DNA from: Ionaspis alba
Lineage: Eukaryota
Reading direction: 5' to 3'
Length of the DNA stretch: 34,571 nt
Assembly (NCBI GenBank): GCA_964255285.1
Contig: CAXUUL010000085.1
Span: 1-34,571, forward strand
The notes below the pieces were generated by a model. The model was not told the DNA's origin and did no database searches. It saw only the letters and a program-made list of their open reading frames with translations. Shown piece after piece: positions 32,643 through 34,571 of the stretch; the stretch's first letter is position 1; each line of letters opens with the position of its first letter. A program made the translations under genes and the position numbers.

Positions 32643-34472
32643 CTATGCGTATGAGGCCGAAACCAAAGCTCCAGGTTCCAACGCACCTTCCTCTCTCACG
32701 ATCCTTCTCACCTCCCTAGACTTCGCCTCAACGAGCTTTGCCTCTCGCTCCCACCTGCCCTCTCCCTCGACCTTTCCATCCGTGCCCACTCCGGCACCCC
32801 AGAACCATCCCTTCTTGGCACCATTTCCCTCATCTTTACCAGCCCGCTCCGCGGATTCTGCTCGCTGTAGCTTCGCGACCATCTTCGCCCAATTATCTAT
32901 GGCCATAAGTAGGCATTCGGAGCAACGGCTGCGCGCTTCCGCTGAGTCCTTGTCGCCTGCTACGGATTTGGATGGAGAGGGCAGGCCGAGGAGCGTTTTT
33001 TCAGCGAGAGTCACGGAAGAGCGCGTCCAGGAGAGGCCGGAGGATTGGGATGGGGTAGCTGTTGAGAGTGATGGGGAAGGAGAGGAGGAGGAGAAGAGGA
33101 CCTCGCCGATATGAGCCATTATGGCTGCTTCTTCGCAGGTAGAGGTGGAAGTGCGGGTGGCGGGATCGTCACCTGTTGGTGGAGGTGGCGGATAGGCTGG
33201 GGTTGTGATGACGGAGCGTAGGAGAGAGGTGATAGACCCTATGGTTGACGAGTCCGGGGATGGGTCCAGTGATGCTGTGATGGATGAGGGATGAGAAGGG
33301 GGAAGATTGCGTTGAGCGCGGAGGATGGAGAGGAAGATGGGGAGGGCGGTGGAGAGATTGTTGGCTTGTGCGTGGTGGGTTGCCAAAGAGGTGGTGGCAA
33401 GAATTATATTGGGAGTGATGTAGGTAGCGTGCTCGTTGATGACCCTGGTCTTGGTATTCACAACGTTGTTGATGCCTAGAGGAAGGGCGCCAGTTGCGAT
33501 GTCGACGCCCCAGTCGTACATATCTTCCGCACTGGAATGCAGGCCCTTGAAGTTCAGCCAGTCGGCGTACGCCAGGGCCGCATCAAGGCGCTGGCGTGTG
33601 CTGAAGCCGTGAGTTGTGAGAATTTTCATGTAGTAGACTTCGGGGGCATCGAATGCTGGCTCACAGTCCTCCTCCAGCGGTGCTTTCTTCGCACCGTAAG
33701 GAACAGGTCTCGGTCGAGGATTTGAAGGGCCGATTACGACTTCCGCAGGAAATGCAACGTTCCGAGTCTTGTCTCGAACCCAAGTATCCAGATGTTCGGC
33801 TGCTCTGGCAGCACCCATTAGACACTGGTAATATCCACGCCGCCAAGGCTCCGATTTGGCAGTGATGTCAAGACCAGTCTTCCCAATGCCTGCGACATAG
33901 ATGTCTCCTTCTGCGCCGAGCTGGGGGCGTAGTCCTTGCCCTTCTTTTGACGGGTCTTCCAGACGTTCCACCATCTGCCGATAATTATCACCAACAGCGG
34001 CATAGTCTATCAGCCCAGTGCCATTCGCATCAGGCCTTTCCAGACCTCTTGTGCTTCGGGAATTCCACCGCGATCCCCAGCTCCATTCTCGCGGTGTTGG
34101 ATAGCTGCGTTCCAGCCGCTCGTTCTCAATCCCGAAGACAAGTACTGCAATGAGCGCGGTGCCGGTCCATAGATAAGCTGTGATTCTGGCGGCTCCCCAT
34201 AATTGCGCTTTAATGTATTTCTTGTGCTCGGTCGTGATTAAGCGGGACAACTGTGTTTGAAATTGATTCCGGTGGAGCTTGGAAGGCGTACGAACCGTAG
34301 CTGGACTGTGAAGAAATGGGAGTTGGGGACGTGGAGAGGCCGGGGAGATGAGTAGTAGCTGCGAGTTGTGGGTGAAAGGGCGGAGGTGGGACAGGCGTTG
34401 GGAAGAATTGCATGGACGCAATGATTGGAAGAAGAACAGAAGACGCCGAACCGGTATTCGTGGAGGATACAT
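32643..34472 (-). CDS. Conserved hypothetical protein, likely mitochondrial single-pass membrane protein (~609 aa)
   Basis: Intronless ORF; ATG at 34472 (the track start at 34490 is TTG). It has an Arg-rich, acid-free presequence-like N-terminus, one TM (AYLWTGTALIAVLVFGI), ER.YPTP.EWSW, and a helical C-terminal region. Confidence 0.82.
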   Translation of the reverse strand: MYPPRIPVRRLLFFFQSLRPCNSSQRLSHLRPFTHNSQLLLISPASPRPQLPFLHSPATVRTPSKLHRNQFQTQLSRLITTEHKKYIKAQLWGAARITAYLWTGTALIAVLVFGIENERLERSYPTPREWSWGSRWNSRSTRGLERPDANGTGLIDYAAVGDNYRQMVERLEDPSKEGQGLRPQLGAEGDIYVAGIGKTGLDITAKSEPWRRGYYQCLMGAARAAEHLDTWVRDKTRNVAFPAEVVIGPSNPRPRPVPYGAKKAPLEEDCEPAFDAPEVYYMKILTTHGFSTRQRLDAALAYADWLNFKGLHSSAEDMYDWGVDIATGALPLGINNVVNTKTRVINEHATYITPNIILATTSLATHHAQANNLSTALPIFLSILRAQRNLPPSHPSSITASLDPSPDSSTIGSITSLLRSVITTPAYPPPPPTGDDPATRTSTSTCEEAAIMAHIGEVLFSSSSPSPSLSTATPSQSSGLSWTRSSVTLAEKTLLGLPSPSKSVAGDKDSAEARSRCSECLLMAIDNWAKMVAKLQRAESAERAGKDEGNGAKKGWFWGAGVGTDGKVEGEGRWEREAKLVEAKSREVRRIVREEGALEPGALVSASYA

Positions 34473-34571
34473 GATTCTGTAGAGTGACAAGTAGTATATT
34501 GATGCTAGGAGGCAAAGTACAACAGACCATTTGACGCTGGAGAGCTTCTCGCCTGTCTTGGCATTTCGCTA

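Noticed and set aside
32536..33114. 192-aa + strand ORF, and similar antisense ORFs such as 4931-5587, 8161-8670, 17072-17635 and 30440-30997
   Set aside because: Shadow frames opposite well-supported genes.
32643..34472. Transporter (MFS permease) label that I recall being attached to similar proteins
   Set aside because: Only one TM segment is visible, incompatible with a 12-TM MFS fold.
1..34571. CRISPR arrays, tRNA/rRNA genes, intact transposons, secondary-metabolite cluster
   Set aside because: No spaced repeat array, cloverleaf, transposase/RT motif or PKS/NRPS backbone was seen by manual reading. tRNAscan-SE and Rfam were not run.

Overview
Gene-dense eukaryotic DNA from a filamentous ascomycete (Pezizomycotina; short 47-107 nt spliceosomal introns with CTRAY-type branch sites; finer taxonomy cannot be fixed from sequence alone). 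About 15 protein-coding genes were reconstructed by hand, with splice phases checked for frame continuity: the 3' end of a conserved membrane protein, NIPSNAP, a PNPOx-like FMN-binding protein, RPN5, RSM22, a Pro-rich orphan ending in a degenerate GATA-like C4 finger, an Arb2-domain protein (needs a GC-AG intron), MRP2/uS14m, an SDR, a type II membrane SGNH/PC-esterase-like protein, IPI3, SER2, a disordered hypothetical, an EGF-like type II membrane protein and a putative mitochondrial membrane protein. There is also a heavily frameshifted 2OG-Fe(II) oxygenase pseudogene. No rRNA, tRNA, CRISPR or intact mobile element was seen. The most interesting unexplained signals are: (i) a structured SER2 intron with a hidden out-of-frame alternative acceptor, (ii) a perfect H-type pseudoknot bracketed by 16-bp direct repeats upstream of MRP2, (iii) recurrent abrupt C-rich to G-rich skew switches inside genes, and (iv) two telomere-like G-quadruplex tracts. 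Family assignments come from recalled motifs, not database searches.
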